This document shows positions 53,718 to 63,820 of a stretch of DNA of 64,000 bases, piece after piece; within the stretch, counting starts at the first letter, position 1; each line of letters opens with the position of its first letter. The notes beneath the pieces are model-generated. The model worked only from the letters and a program-made list of their open reading frames with translations. It did no database searches and was not told the DNA's origin. The stretch covers positions 1 through 64,000 of the forward strand of contig JBDKSP010000023.1 of assembly GCA_039680575.1 (NCBI GenBank). The letters are read 5' to 3'. The stretch is from Armatimonadota bacterium (GTDB lineage Bacteria; Armatimonadota; UBA5829; DTLH01). The position numbers and the translations under genes are program-made.

Positions 53718-53957
53718 AAACGCGGATTACGCAGATAAAACGGATTTCGCGAATGGTGGAGATTTGCAGCACCTGCTGATGGACCGGGGGATCATGCCCC
53801 GGTCTCCATTCTCCAGGGCATCCATGTCCTTTACCTATGCTTTGGGATAACATTCCGAAGTGCGAGTCTCCACCAATCCCTTTAGAATACGGAAGCGCTA
53901 GCTTCCGCTTTTCTATCGACATTCACTTTATCGCCAAATCCCCGTAATTCGCGTTTC
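53718..53957. repeat. Nested composite: CGCGGATTACG shell, family B element, CGGAAGCGCTAGCTTCCG palindrome
   Basis: Outer AAACGCGGATTACG...CGTAATTCGCGTTT; inner TGGTGGAGA...TCTCCACCA; 53776-53831 matches 19469-19524 inverted. Confidence 0.78.
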
Positions 53958-54070
53958 CAATCCATTGTATAATATACTATTGATGCCGCGTCTAATGTAC
54001 GCGGCTACATCGAACTTAATAATCCATCTGTTATAATAGCTAACAGATGAAGAGAAGGTGGTGTTACTAG

Positions 54071-55181
54071 TTGCTCGTTGATGTTAAACGAGAAATCGAA
54101 AGTCTTTTGGCCGAACTAGTGGAATTGGGTGGCCATCTTTGACTTGGCCGGTAAGCAAGTCGAGATAGAAAAACTTGAGCAAAGTACGACAGAGCCTGGG
54201 TTCTGGGACGATTCGCAGGAAGCCCAGAAAGTACTCCAGGAGCTGAACCAGATAAAAAGCTCTATCGATCCGATACAAGAGCTTGAGCGTAGGCTCGAAG
54301 ACCTGCAGGTCCTGGTGGAGCTTGCAGAAGAAGAAGAGGCAAGCGAAGAGGATATCAAGGAAATCGAGCAAGAAGCCGAGGACATTCTGCGGGAGTTCAA
54401 GCAGTTCGAGTTATCGACTCTGCTCTCGGGTGAGCACGATAGATCGAGCGCGATTGTCGAGATCAATGCGGGCGCGGGCGGCACGGAAGCCTGCGACTGG
54501 GCCGATATGCTCCTTCGGATGTACCTCAGGTGGGCTGAGCGGCATGGTTACCGCGCGGAAATCATCGATACCGTCGCTGGTGAGATGGCCGGATACAAAA
54601 AAGTGACCTTCCTTGTTGAGGGAAGAAATGCCTACGGCTATCTGAAAGCTGAACGGGGAGTCCACCGGCTGGTGCGGATTTCGCCGTTCGATGCAAACAA
54701 ACGGCGGCACACGTCGTTTGCATCCGTGGATGTCATTCCAGAGATCGATGAGACTGAAGAGGTCCACATCAACCCTGAGGAAATAAGGATCGATACTTTC
54801 AGAGCGTCGGGGGCGGGCGGCCAGCATGTAAACAAGACCGATTCCGCGGTTCGGATTACACATATACCTACCGGAATAGTGGTTTCCTGCCAGAATGAGC
54901 GCTCGCAGCACAGTAACCGCGATATGGCGATGAAAGTCCTTCAGGCGAGGCTGCTGGAACTGCAGCGGGCAGAGGATGAAGCCCGGATGGCGGAGATTCG
55001 CGGTGACCTCAGGGCTATTCAGTGGGGAAACCAGATAAGGTCATACGTTTTCCAGCCGTATACCATGGTCAAGGACCACCGGACCGGCTATGAAGCCGGA
55101 GATGTTATCCGGGTTATGGACGGCGATATAGATGATTTTATTCAGGCATTTCTAACAGCGCCAAAACAGGGCATCAGTTAA
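54071..55181 (+). CDS. prfB: Peptide chain release factor 2 (programmed +1 frameshift)
   Basis: TTG start 54071; CTT-TGA-C slip site at 54137-54143; SPF and GGQ motifs. Confidence 0.95.
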
Positions 55182-55304
55182 TGCAAGTAACGTCTTGGTT
55201 ACGTGAGAAGTAGTTTTTCTACGAGCGGGAATAGGAATAAGCATAAAGGAATTATCTTTCCGTTATCTGTTTCTTCCTAATTACCGCCCGAAGGTGGTGT
55301 AAAA

Positions 55305-55967
55305 ATGATGAGGGCGAGAATAGTTCGGTTTGGATGGATTGTGGCGATTGTGCTCATAGCCATGAGCGGTGCGTTTGCGGCAACGACAACGAGCCGGAGC
55401 GCGCTGGGGACTTCGGGTGTGCAGAAGTCCGAGGTCTCGCTTGGCGATCTGGTGGCGGATGCAATCCGTGCATCGGCAGGCGCGAATGTCGCATTTGTGA
55501 GTGCAAGCGAGCTGAAGGAATCCGTTACACAAATCTCTGCAGGCAAGGTTTCCACGGAAGATGTTACGGCTTATGTAGCCTATACGGACGATCCGATAGT
55601 CGTGGTAAAGCTCACCGGAAGGCAGATCAAACAGGCGCTTGAGCGAAGCGTGCTCATCTACCCCAAGAACAATCTTGGTTTTCTCCAGGTGTCGGGACTC
55701 AGCTTCACGTTCAACCCCGACGGGCCGCAGGAGGGCAGGCTGGTCTCCGTGAACGTAGGCGGCAGCCCCATCTCCGACAGCGCTGCTTATTCCGTCGCTA
55801 TGACAAGCAGTATGGCTAATGGGGCGCTCGGCTACTGGAAGATATGGACCAAGAACGACATCGTAAACACGACTGATGTGACCATTCCAAAAGCAATAGA
55901 CCAGTTTTTTACCGGTAATAGCAGCATCGATTATTCGAACCTTAACCGTATAAAGGCTGGTAAGTAA
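55305..55967 (+). CDS. Secreted stand-alone 5'-nucleotidase C-terminal domain protein
   Basis: Signal peptide; EVSLGDLVADAIR, LTGRQIKQALE, FLQVSGL; no metallophosphoesterase domain. Confidence 0.8.
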   Translation: MMRARIVRFGWIVAIVLIAMSGAFAATTTSRSALGTSGVQKSEVSLGDLVADAIRASAGANVAFVSASELKESVTQISAGKVSTEDVTAYVAYTDDPIVVVKLTGRQIKQALERSVLIYPKNNLGFLQVSGLSFTFNPDGPQEGRLVSVNVGGSPISDSAAYSVAMTSSMANGALGYWKIWTKNDIVNTTDVTIPKAIDQFFTGNSSIDYSNLNRIKAGK

Positions 55968-56007
55968 TATACCGCCTGGAGGCGCCCTCCTCCGGGCAAT
56001 TTACTAA

Positions 56008-56967
56008 ATGGAAGATGAGGACAGGCTCTTGAATCGATCTCTTCGCGCCGCGGCCATTGTCGCGGTATTTATACTATTGTCCGGCTGTGGGACCAAGACC
56101 GATAGAGCTTCGGCGTTCGATGGAATACGCGCTTATGAGCTTCTCAAAAAGCAATGTACTTTCGGCCCGCGCTACCCCGGTGTCAAAGGACATAAAGACA
56201 CTCTGGAATTCATTCAATCCGAGCTGAAACCGCTCGCGGACGAGGTTGCCACTCATACTTTCAAGTATGACGCCGGAGGTAAGACTATCGAGCTTTCGAA
56301 TGTCTATGCGGTGTTCAACCCCGATGCATCTCACTTTGTGCTCTTATGCGCCCACTGGGATACCCGCCCTTGCGCCGATCAGGAAATCGATGAAGCCAAA
56401 AGTAAAAAGCCGGTTCCGGGTGCGAACGACGGCGCGTCCGGCACTGCAGTCCTTCTTGAGCTTGCCCGGATATTCAATAACAAAAAGCCCGATGTCGGTG
56501 TTGTTATGGCGTTTTTTGATGGTGAAGACTACGGTCCCGGCGAAAATGACATGTTTATTGGGTCGAAGGAGTTCGCCAAGAACTGGAAGACGGCCGTCCA
56601 GCCCAAAGGCAGGCAGATCAAATACGACTACGGCATCCTGTTGGATATGGTCGGAGACAGAGATCTCCAGATCGCCAAAGAGGTGTTTTCTTATCGGAAG
56701 GCGCCTCAAGTCGTCGACAAGGTCTGGGCAGCCGCGAAAAAAATCGGTTACGACAACGCTTTTCTGGATGAAGAACGCCACATGCTGCAGGATGACCACC
56801 TGCCGCTCTGCGCCGCAGGGATTTCCTGCATAGACGTGATCGATTTCAACTATGCCTATTGGCATACAATCGACGATACCCCCGATAAGTGCAGCGCCAA
56901 GTCCTTACAGACAGTGGGAAATGTCATATCAAAGGTAATCTATGATGAGGGTGCGCGGGCGAAGTGA
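56008..56967 (+). CDS. M28 family peptidase / glutaminyl cyclase-like lipoprotein
   Basis: LSGC lipobox; AHWDTR, GANDGASG, DGED, DDH, WHT; alternative TTG start at 56029. Confidence 0.88.
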   Translation: MEDEDRLLNRSLRAAAIVAVFILLSGCGTKTDRASAFDGIRAYELLKKQCTFGPRYPGVKGHKDTLEFIQSELKPLADEVATHTFKYDAGGKTIELSNVYAVFNPDASHFVLLCAHWDTRPCADQEIDEAKSKKPVPGANDGASGTAVLLELARIFNNKKPDVGVVMAFFDGEDYGPGENDMFIGSKEFAKNWKTAVQPKGRQIKYDYGILLDMVGDRDLQIAKEVFSYRKAPQVVDKVWAAAKKIGYDNAFLDEERHMLQDDHLPLCAAGISCIDVIDFNYAYWHTIDDTPDKCSAKSLQTVGNVISKVIYDEGARAK

Positions 56968-57782
56968 TAGATTACCACGTACATTCGACCTATTCAGGCG
57001 ACTCGCCCACCAGGCTCCGCGATATGTGCGCGAAGGCCGTCGAGACAGGGATTGACGAGATCGTCTTTACGGAACATCTGGACTACACTCCTACGGACAT
57101 ATCTTACGGCAGCTTGGTCTACTCCAGGTGGATGGACGAGATTGCTGCAGCACGGGAAGAGTTTTCGGGCAGGCTTACCATCCTCTCCGGCGTGGAAGTG
57201 GATTATCAGGAGAAGTATCTGCCAGAGATCGAGGGTTTTCTGGGCTCGCATGAGCTCGATTTCGTCCTGGTCTCAGCCCATTATGTCCACGGGATTCTTC
57301 TTGAAGAACACGAGAAATATTTCCCCGGAAAGAGCGAGCGCGAGGCGTATCTGCCGTACTTCGAGGCTGCGCTTGCGGCAGTAGAGACAGGGCTTTTCGA
57401 CGGGCTGGCGCACATGGACCTCTGTAAGCGGCATGGCGCGAGATACTACGGTAAATTCGACCTCGACAGATATTTACCCCAGGTCGAAGATATCCTGAAA
57501 GCCTTGATCCGGCACGATATGGCGCTCGAAGTCAATACGTCGGGCTTACGGCAGGCTCCGGGCGAAATGTACCCGTCTTTGGAGACTCTGGAGCTTTACA
57601 CAAGTCTCGGCGGCAGGAAAGTGACCATCGGATCGGACTCTCACCTCGTTCAGCACCTGGGATTCGGACTTTCGGACGGCGTAAAAGCGATAAAGAGCGC
57701 CGGAATATCCGAAATTGCCCGATACAGAAGAAGAGTGGAGCAGATATCTGTATATTCTTCTCCTGAAATTCACGCTCTGTAG
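56964..57782 (+). CDS. PHP-family histidinol-phosphatase (HisJ/HisK type)
   Basis: DYHVHS, TEH, AHMDL, LEVNTSG, GSDSH. Confidence 0.82.
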   Translation: MIDYHVHSTYSGDSPTRLRDMCAKAVETGIDEIVFTEHLDYTPTDISYGSLVYSRWMDEIAAAREEFSGRLTILSGVEVDYQEKYLPEIEGFLGSHELDFVLVSAHYVHGILLEEHEKYFPGKSEREAYLPYFEAALAAVETGLFDGLAHMDLCKRHGARYYGKFDLDRYLPQVEDILKALIRHDMALEVNTSGLRQAPGEMYPSLETLELYTSLGGRKVTIGSDSHLVQHLGFGLSDGVKAIKSAGISEIARYRRRVEQISVYSSPEIHAL

Positions 57783-59268
57783 TAAGGTACATATCAGCCG
57801 GGCTTCGTGCCCTATTTGTCATCATTTCTGATGGAGATGGCAGGTAGCAGAGATCGATGCTGACTTCATCCTTATCGATGGTTATGCGTTCCGTTATGTT
57901 CTCTATAATCTTGCGCTTCTGATCATAAGACAGCTCCTGCCAGCGGGAATGAAGGTCCTTGGCTTCTTGAAGGATTTCGTCACTGGAAAGGAACTGGATT
58001 TTGAGGAAGTCTATCTCTGCCTGTAGTTCAGGTATATGCTCCACAATCTGATTCTTCCTTTCTTCAAGCGGCTTATAGCGCTCCCCGAACCCAGCCGGAG
58101 TGATTTGTCCCTCGACATATAGCCTATAGATTAGATCCATCTCTTGCGTGACTTTCTTCTCATCCTCAAGCAGGGTTTGCAGCAGATCCTCTTTCTCACT
58201 GATTACGTTATTAGCTTGGCTGAGATAATTGTTGATTTCCACGGGGGAAAAGAAAAATGCCTTAAGCTGTCCTTGGAATATCTCTTCAAGGTCGCTGACA
58301 CCTATTTTGTTGCGGCACTTGGAACAAGTATATTTGGGTGAGTTTGAAGGGACGTACATCTTGTTTCCGCACTCGCAGAAGACCACACCCGTGAAAAGAT
58401 GTGCGACTTTTTTCGCCGGACGCTTATTGCTTTTTTCCTGCTCATCAAGAATCTGGTTGCACTGGAGCCAGAGGTCTTCGGAGACAATCGGCTCAACCTC
58501 GGTATAAATCCATTCCTCCTTGGGCTTGAGAATGCACTTTTTGCCACTCACATTCCGCGTATAGTTGGCTCGATGCTGTCCTTTTGCTGTCGAGTCTCGT
58601 AGAAGTCTCTCTATTGCTGTGCCAGAGAATAGTGCACCCTCCCTCGTCCTATAACCTGCCTCATTAAGAAGCCTTGCCACTCTTTTCTTCCTGCGATGCT
58701 CAAAGAAAAGTTCATATATCTGCTTTCTGATAGGAGCCTCATTTGGATCGGGAACGAGTTCTTTTTCAACCCATCTGTATCCATAGACCGCTTTGCCGCC
58801 AAGAGGCTTTCCCAGCTTTGCTCTGATAGGGACTGAAGCAGCTACTCTGCTGGCAATTTCTTCTCGCTCCCACTGAGCCATTGCAGCTATCATCGTATAG
58901 AAAAGTCTGCCAGCAGGGGTGGAGGTATCGATAGACTCCTGAAGAGAGATGAGATCAGCATTGTGGTTGCTGAAAATATCAGCGAATTCCAGGAGTTCCT
59001 TGGTGTTGCGTGCAAGCCGAGCCAGCTTGGAGAAAATGAGGCCCGTGATGTGGCCGTTTCTAATATCATCGAGCATCCTTTTTGCTTCAGGATGGTTCAT
59101 TACAGACTTACCACTTACAGCTTCAAGGTGGTAGACCTCTCGAACCTGCCAGCCCTTGGATTCGGCATAAAACCTGGCCCGTTTCTCATGATGTTCGGGA
59201 CTTTCACCCCTTGCCTGGTCTTCTGTTGATACTCTAATCCAAATCCCAACCTGCTTTATCTTTTCCAT
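57532..59268 (-). CDS. Large serine recombinase (integrase); last ~85 aa run antisense into the PHP gene
   Basis: IRVST catalytic Ser, LARLAR, recombinase domain, Zn ribbon CECG...CSKC, coiled coil. Confidence 0.9.
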   Translation of the reverse strand: MEKIKQVGIWIRVSTEDQARGESPEHHEKRARFYAESKGWQVREVYHLEAVSGKSVMNHPEAKRMLDDIRNGHITGLIFSKLARLARNTKELLEFADIFSNHNADLISLQESIDTSTPAGRLFYTMIAAMAQWEREEIASRVAASVPIRAKLGKPLGGKAVYGYRWVEKELVPDPNEAPIRKQIYELFFEHRRKKRVARLLNEAGYRTREGALFSGTAIERLLRDSTAKGQHRANYTRNVSGKKCILKPKEEWIYTEVEPIVSEDLWLQCNQILDEQEKSNKRPAKKVAHLFTGVVFCECGNKMYVPSNSPKYTCSKCRNKIGVSDLEEIFQGQLKAFFFSPVEINNYLSQANNVISEKEDLLQTLLEDEKKVTQEMDLIYRLYVEGQITPAGFGERYKPLEERKNQIVEHIPELQAEIDFLKIQFLSSDEILQEAKDLHSRWQELSYDQKRKIIENITERITIDKDEVSIDLCYLPSPSEMMTNRARSPADMYLTTEREFQEKNIQISAPLFFCIGQFRIFRRSLSLLRRPKVRIPGAERGESPIRWSLSCRRDLCKAPESPKTGTFRPEPAVSPTY

Positions 59269-59334
59269 TCATTTCACCCATAGATATATAGCTGTGGGAT
59301 TGTAACGCCCCATCATGAAAGTTGTCAACAAGAG

Positions 59335-60621
59335 TCAAGAAGTGCTGGACTGTATCTCTTTCTCAACCTCGAACCTCGGACGTCCATACTTGACCCTTGA
59401 GAATTCGACTATCTCTCTCCTTAACGATTGCACAGCTGCTGGTGGCGGTAAAGTCCTGGCGCTGAACGGCTTGGAGGTTGTGCCATCTATCATCAGCTTA
59501 AGGTAGATGCAATATCTTGGAAGGTTGATAAGGTCATTGGCATCAAAAGCTGGACGGAACTCCTTAGTCAAAAAAGGAGCATCTTCTGCTCCAACACGAA
59601 AAGAGATAACTGTTCCGACATTACCGAAGATGGCAGACCTTACCTTTTCATCAAGCTGCGCTATGTATTGATGTGCCAGGACCAGGTCCAGACCATATTT
59701 ACGTGACTCAGAGAGAATATCAGCAAAAGCCGGAGTAAGATAGTTATGCACCTCATCAACATAAAGGTGAAAAGGCTTTCTTTTTTCTTCCGGTATATCA
59801 GCTCTGCCTATAGCAGAAAGCATTATCTTACTTACAAGCAAAGTGCCAAACAGTGAGCTGGTATCTTCACCAATCCTGCCTTTCGAGAGGTTTGCTATCA
59901 GTATCTTTCCTTCATCCATTACCCTGCGGAGATTAAAGGAGCTTTCACTCTGGCCGAGTATATAGCGGATGTAAGGGCTTGCCACAAGCTGCCCTGTTTT
60001 GTTGAGTATTGGTGAAATAGTCTCAGAGCTTTTAGCAGCTCCAGGCTTACCCGCCTGAAGTTTCCAGAAGTCTAAAATGTGCCTGTCTTTAATGTCTTTT
60101 AGAACAATTTCTCTAAAGGACAAGTCCGTAAGGATCCGAGGCAGGTCCAAAAGAGTGCTTCCAGGATGTTCAAGGAGAGTAAGCAACGAAAAACGGAGTA
60201 TATGCTCAAGTCTCGGTCCCCAGTAGTCCGGCCAGACCTTCTTGAAGATGGAGATGAGGTCAGATGCAATCAGGTAACGCTGCTTAGCATTTACTTCCTC
60301 CAGCGGGTTAAATGCAATCGGATATTCAAGGTCAGAAGGGTTAAAAAAGATAATGTCTTCCATCCGGTCTTCAGGAACATAGTTCAAAATATCTTCAGCC
60401 AGGTCTCCGTGAGGGTCAATGAGTGCAAGTCCTTCACCCCTTTTTATGTCCGAGACCAGCATGTTCTTTAAGAGCGTAGATTTACCAGTGCCGGTCTTAC
60501 CGATCACATACATATGGTTTCGGCGATCCCTTTTTCTGATGCCAAAAACATCCCTTCGATCTCTAAAGTCTGTTACGGCAAAGGTGGTGACCTGATTCTC
60601 ATCATCATTGTTTGTCCTCAT
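59335..60621 (-). CDS. HerA/VirD4-TraG-like P-loop ATPase (DUF87 / T4SS DNA-binding domain family)
   Basis: HMYVIGKTGTGKST, IDPHGD, LYVDEVHN, ESRKY, AHQY, FRVGAEDA. Confidence 0.85.
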   Translation of the reverse strand: MRTNNDDENQVTTFAVTDFRDRRDVFGIRKRDRRNHMYVIGKTGTGKSTLLKNMLVSDIKRGEGLALIDPHGDLAEDILNYVPEDRMEDIIFFNPSDLEYPIAFNPLEEVNAKQRYLIASDLISIFKKVWPDYWGPRLEHILRFSLLTLLEHPGSTLLDLPRILTDLSFREIVLKDIKDRHILDFWKLQAGKPGAAKSSETISPILNKTGQLVASPYIRYILGQSESSFNLRRVMDEGKILIANLSKGRIGEDTSSLFGTLLVSKIMLSAIGRADIPEEKRKPFHLYVDEVHNYLTPAFADILSESRKYGLDLVLAHQYIAQLDEKVRSAIFGNVGTVISFRVGAEDAPFLTKEFRPAFDANDLINLPRYCIYLKLMIDGTTSKPFSARTLPPPAAVQSLRREIVEFSRVKYGRPRFEVEKEIQSSTS

Positions 60622-60763
60622 AAAACCACGATAACAATCCCCATTGACACATAAAGCAGTGATATGTTGCCGACCGAAGCAAATATCTCTGCCTTTCTTG
60701 GATATTTAAATCAGCTATTTTAAGTTCAGGTCTTTAGCAAAAATGCAAAAGGAGGGGCACATA

Positions 60764-61015
60764 ATGCCTGATAGTAAAAGACTGAACGCTGAATACTTCA
60801 AGGAGCCAGGATCGCTAATCTATGAGTTCGCTGCATATCTTGCAGGAAATCGTATCGGTCATGGCACAAGCCTGGCTTTCTACTGCAAAGAAGACCTTAT
60901 GCAAGCTGTAGAGAAGTTCAAGGCAGGTTCTGAAGAGAAGGAAGAGATTACTTCCTGGATAGACACATTGCTCTTTGATGAAAACAACCGTATCGCGTTT
61001 TCATTCGTCTGGTAG
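60764..61015 (+). CDS. Small hypothetical protein
   Basis: AAGGAGG RBS; 83-aa ORF. Confidence 0.65.
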   Translation: MPDSKRLNAEYFKEPGSLIYEFAAYLAGNRIGHGTSLAFYCKEDLMQAVEKFKAGSEEKEEITSWIDTLLFDENNRIAFSFVW

Positions 61016-61026
61016 GAGGTGAAGAG

Positions 61027-61218
61027 ATGTCACGCTGGACAATATGTTTTAATGCTGTAGTGATCGTCAGCGTAGAAGCTGACAGGGTAGATCAGGCTCT
61101 GATCAGGGCTGTGAGAACGCTGTGTATCCTCGGACTCCTTACTGAAGTTATATGCCGCTTTCCCTGCATCATTATTGTTATCAAAGATATGCAGACAAAT
61201 ACGGTAGACAGTGAGTGA
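61027..61218 (+). CDS. Small hypothetical protein
   Basis: AGGAGGT RBS; 63-aa ORF. Confidence 0.5.
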   Translation: MSRWTICFNAVVIVSVEADRVDQALIRAVRTLCILGLLTEVICRFPCIIIVIKDMQTNTVDSE

Positions 61219-61253
61219 CGGAAAGACAGGCGTTCCGTTCTTCATTTAAACAA

Positions 61254-61277
61254 AGGCCACTTATTATTGAGTGGCCT
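61254..61277 (+). terminator. Hairpin (possible terminator)
   Basis: AGGCCACTT...GAGTGGCCT. Confidence 0.5.
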
Positions 61278-61300
61278 GACATTTATAGGTTGGAGGGTAG

Positions 61301-61966
61301 ATGAATGGTTACTGGTATGAACGAGAAGATATAAGAGAGAAGCTGGTCCTTTTTGGTCGTGCCATACAAGGCCCAGGACCCTATGAAGTAGTCATCGAGC
61401 CGGACCAGGATAAATGCCACAGTGCTTGCTGCAGCTTTGAGTCAAAAAGGATAACTGTAAACCCGACCATCTTTAATGTCTCACCGAAGGAGCAGTATCT
61501 ACTCACTAAAGCTGCACTTGTCCATGAAGCCGGACATCGCAGATACACCACACCGACGCCACTTCCATCCATCATCTCTGAGATATTCAACATACTTGAA
61601 GACGAAAGAGTAGAAAACCGGATGTGGGAGGAGTTTATCGGATTAAGATGGCTCATCAAAAGACTGGCTGCAAGGTTCTATGAAGAAGCAGAACCGGTTA
61701 ACAAAGCCTCTGATATGCCGCATGCTGTGGTCTCTTACTTCCTTCAGCTGAGATGGGCTAAAAGAATAGGTAAACCAGTCAAGGGTGGCCTTTCATCCAG
61801 AAATGCAGCTCTTTGGGAGAAGATAGAGCCGCTTGTATATGAGTCCTGGCAGGCAGAAAGTTCGGAATCAGTAACCAGAAATACAGCAAAGATTGCCGAG
61901 ATTCTCTCCTTCAACGAAATCATCATATCGAATAGAAATAATAGTAATAGAAATGGAGGTGTATGA
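61301..61966 (+). CDS. HEXXH zincin-like protein (CobT/vWA-associated N-terminal type)
   Basis: LVHEAGH...FNILEDERVE; GGAGG RBS. Confidence 0.7.
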   Translation: MNGYWYEREDIREKLVLFGRAIQGPGPYEVVIEPDQDKCHSACCSFESKRITVNPTIFNVSPKEQYLLTKAALVHEAGHRRYTTPTPLPSIISEIFNILEDERVENRMWEEFIGLRWLIKRLAARFYEEAEPVNKASDMPHAVVSYFLQLRWAKRIGKPVKGGLSSRNAALWEKIEPLVYESWQAESSESVTRNTAKIAEILSFNEIIISNRNNSNRNGGV

Positions 61967-62787
61967 AACTAAGATCACCAATTCCGTGGTTCGGTGGCAA
62001 GCAATTAATGTCAGGAAAGCTCTTGCCGCTCTTTCCAGAGCATAAAACCTATGTAGAAGCTTTTGGCGGAGCCTGTTCACTCCTGTTTGCCAAGGAGCCA
62101 AGTCCTGTTGAGGTATATAACGACCTTGACTCCGATCTGGTCAATTTTATGCGTGTGCTAAGAGATAAAGAGATGTTCCCGGACTTCTACAACAGAGCCT
62201 GCCTGAGTCCTTACAGTCGGGAAGAATGGCAATTCTGTAAAGAACATTTAAATGATGACCCAAATCCAGTAGAAAGAGCCAGACGCTTCTTTGTTCTTGC
62301 CAGGTTTTCATTCAGCGGACTTGTCGGGAATTCATTCGGCATTACTGTAACATCTTCTAAAGGAGGGATGGTGCAGAAGGCTTCAGCATATCATGGTGTC
62401 CTTAATACACTTCCTCGTCTCAGCGAAAGAATGTCATCTGTGCTGATAGAAAATAAGGACTTCCGCAAAATAATAGCGGCTTATGATTCCGACGAGACTT
62501 TCTTTTACCTCGATCCGCCTTACCTGCCGGAAACCCGCAGAGGCGGCAGCTACAAATGTGAGATGACGACAGAAGATCACCACAATCTTGTTAAGATGCT
62601 GCAATCCATCAAAGGCAAAGTGATGCTCTCAGGCTATCCAAGCGAGCTATATGATTCACTCGGCTGGAAGAAACTTGAGTGGGAGGTTCCCTGCTGTGCT
62701 GTGGGCAGGACGAAGGTCTCCGGACTGCAAGGGAAGGGCGCATTAGGCTCGCATAAACGAACCGAGTGCGTTTGGATAAACTACTAA
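61963..62787 (+). CDS. DNA adenine methyltransferase (Dam/D12 class)
   Basis: WFGGK, YVEAFGG, EVYNDLD, FYLDPPY. Confidence 0.92.
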   Translation: MKLRSPIPWFGGKQLMSGKLLPLFPEHKTYVEAFGGACSLLFAKEPSPVEVYNDLDSDLVNFMRVLRDKEMFPDFYNRACLSPYSREEWQFCKEHLNDDPNPVERARRFFVLARFSFSGLVGNSFGITVTSSKGGMVQKASAYHGVLNTLPRLSERMSSVLIENKDFRKIIAAYDSDETFFYLDPPYLPETRRGGSYKCEMTTEDHHNLVKMLQSIKGKVMLSGYPSELYDSLGWKKLEWEVPCCAVGRTKVSGLQGKGALGSHKRTECVWINY

Positions 62788-62919
62788 GTCTCTATGAAGG
62801 TGTGTTTCTACTGAGGTATTGACCAGCGTCTGGGGTAATGATACATGTACGTACGCTTAAAAATCCCCTTTATCATTAACCCCGTTCTCCTTAATGAGAA
62901 CAGATCAATGGAGCCCTCT

Positions 62920-63255
62920 ATGAAGTGCCTCTTATACATTCGCTTTCCAATACATAAAGGCTTGCCTCAGTACAGAACCTTCGATACTTGTCTTGTCGTG
63001 TCAAGAAACTACGCCAAAGAGAAAGGCTGGAATATCGTAGACCGGATTGTTGATATAGACGACTTTTCCAGCCGTAACATTAAGACTAAAATCAAGAACC
63101 TGCATAGCTATCTGGAGAAGAAACATCCCCGCATTGATATGGTCATAATGGCAACATCTGATATACCACGCTTCACCGACTTTGCCTTACTGAAAAGAAT
63201 CCTATCGAAAAGTAATATTGAGCTTACTATGTTAATTGCACCAGATTATAAATAG
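62920..63255 (+). CDS. Resolvase N-terminal-like small protein lacking the catalytic serine
   Basis: LLYIRFP...YAKEKGWNIVD..D pattern resembles a serine recombinase N-terminus. Confidence 0.5.
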   Translation: MKCLLYIRFPIHKGLPQYRTFDTCLVVSRNYAKEKGWNIVDRIVDIDDFSSRNIKTKIKNLHSYLEKKHPRIDMVIMATSDIPRFTDFALLKRILSKSNIELTMLIAPDYK

Positions 63256-63321
63256 GCGCTATGTGTGTCTGGGTGCGTTGGAAGGGAAAAGACGTGGACT
63301 AATGTGTGCAGTTAATCATCT

Positions 63322-63690
63322 TTATTCTGCTGTATCTTCCCTCAGTGAGACAATCAAGTCCACCATACATCGGATCTGTTCGGTCAGGAGTTCTTCCTCT
63401 TTTTCTGTAAGGCGTTCAAACTCCCTGGCTACTGCCTCTACTCTGTCGGTATGGGTAAATGTCCGGCCCATAGTAACAAGTGCGCCAACATCAACCTGAA
63501 GTGCTTCAGCCAGACGTGATAATGCCGGAAGTGAAGGAGCATTCATCGCTACTTCCAGCCGTGCAACATAGTTTGTGCTTAAACCGGCGCGGTCTGCAAG
63601 CTCTTCCTGTGTTATATCTAATGCCTTCCGTCTATTGCTGATGTTCCTTGCAACGGAAGCAAGCAATCCTTCTAATCTCTGCCTTTTCAT
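63322..63690 (-). CDS. XRE family HTH transcriptional regulator
   Basis: RRKALDITQEELADRAGLSTNYVARLE...PSL..L.RLAEAL. Confidence 0.88.
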   Translation of the reverse strand: MKRQRLEGLLASVARNISNRRKALDITQEELADRAGLSTNYVARLEVAMNAPSLPALSRLAEALQVDVGALVTMGRTFTHTDRVEAVAREFERLTEKEEELLTEQIRCMVDLIVSLREDTAE

Positions 63691-63820
63691 CACCTGTAGT
63701 TTAAACTTCAACAATCCCACCCTCAATTGAGTAAAATGATAGCAATATTGACTAAAAAGATAAGTCATGAATACCATGTATCTTAGTGGTCGGATGCTTC
63801 AGTCAAAGGAGGAGTCAATT

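Noticed and set aside
55187..55202. Second copy of the MarR operator (GTAAC...GTTAC)
   Set aside because: Different spacing and only 5-bp arms; could be chance
57783..57830. tRNA or tmRNA target at the island boundary
   Set aside because: No cloverleaf or TTCGA T-loop is visible, and no direct repeat of the junction was found in the window
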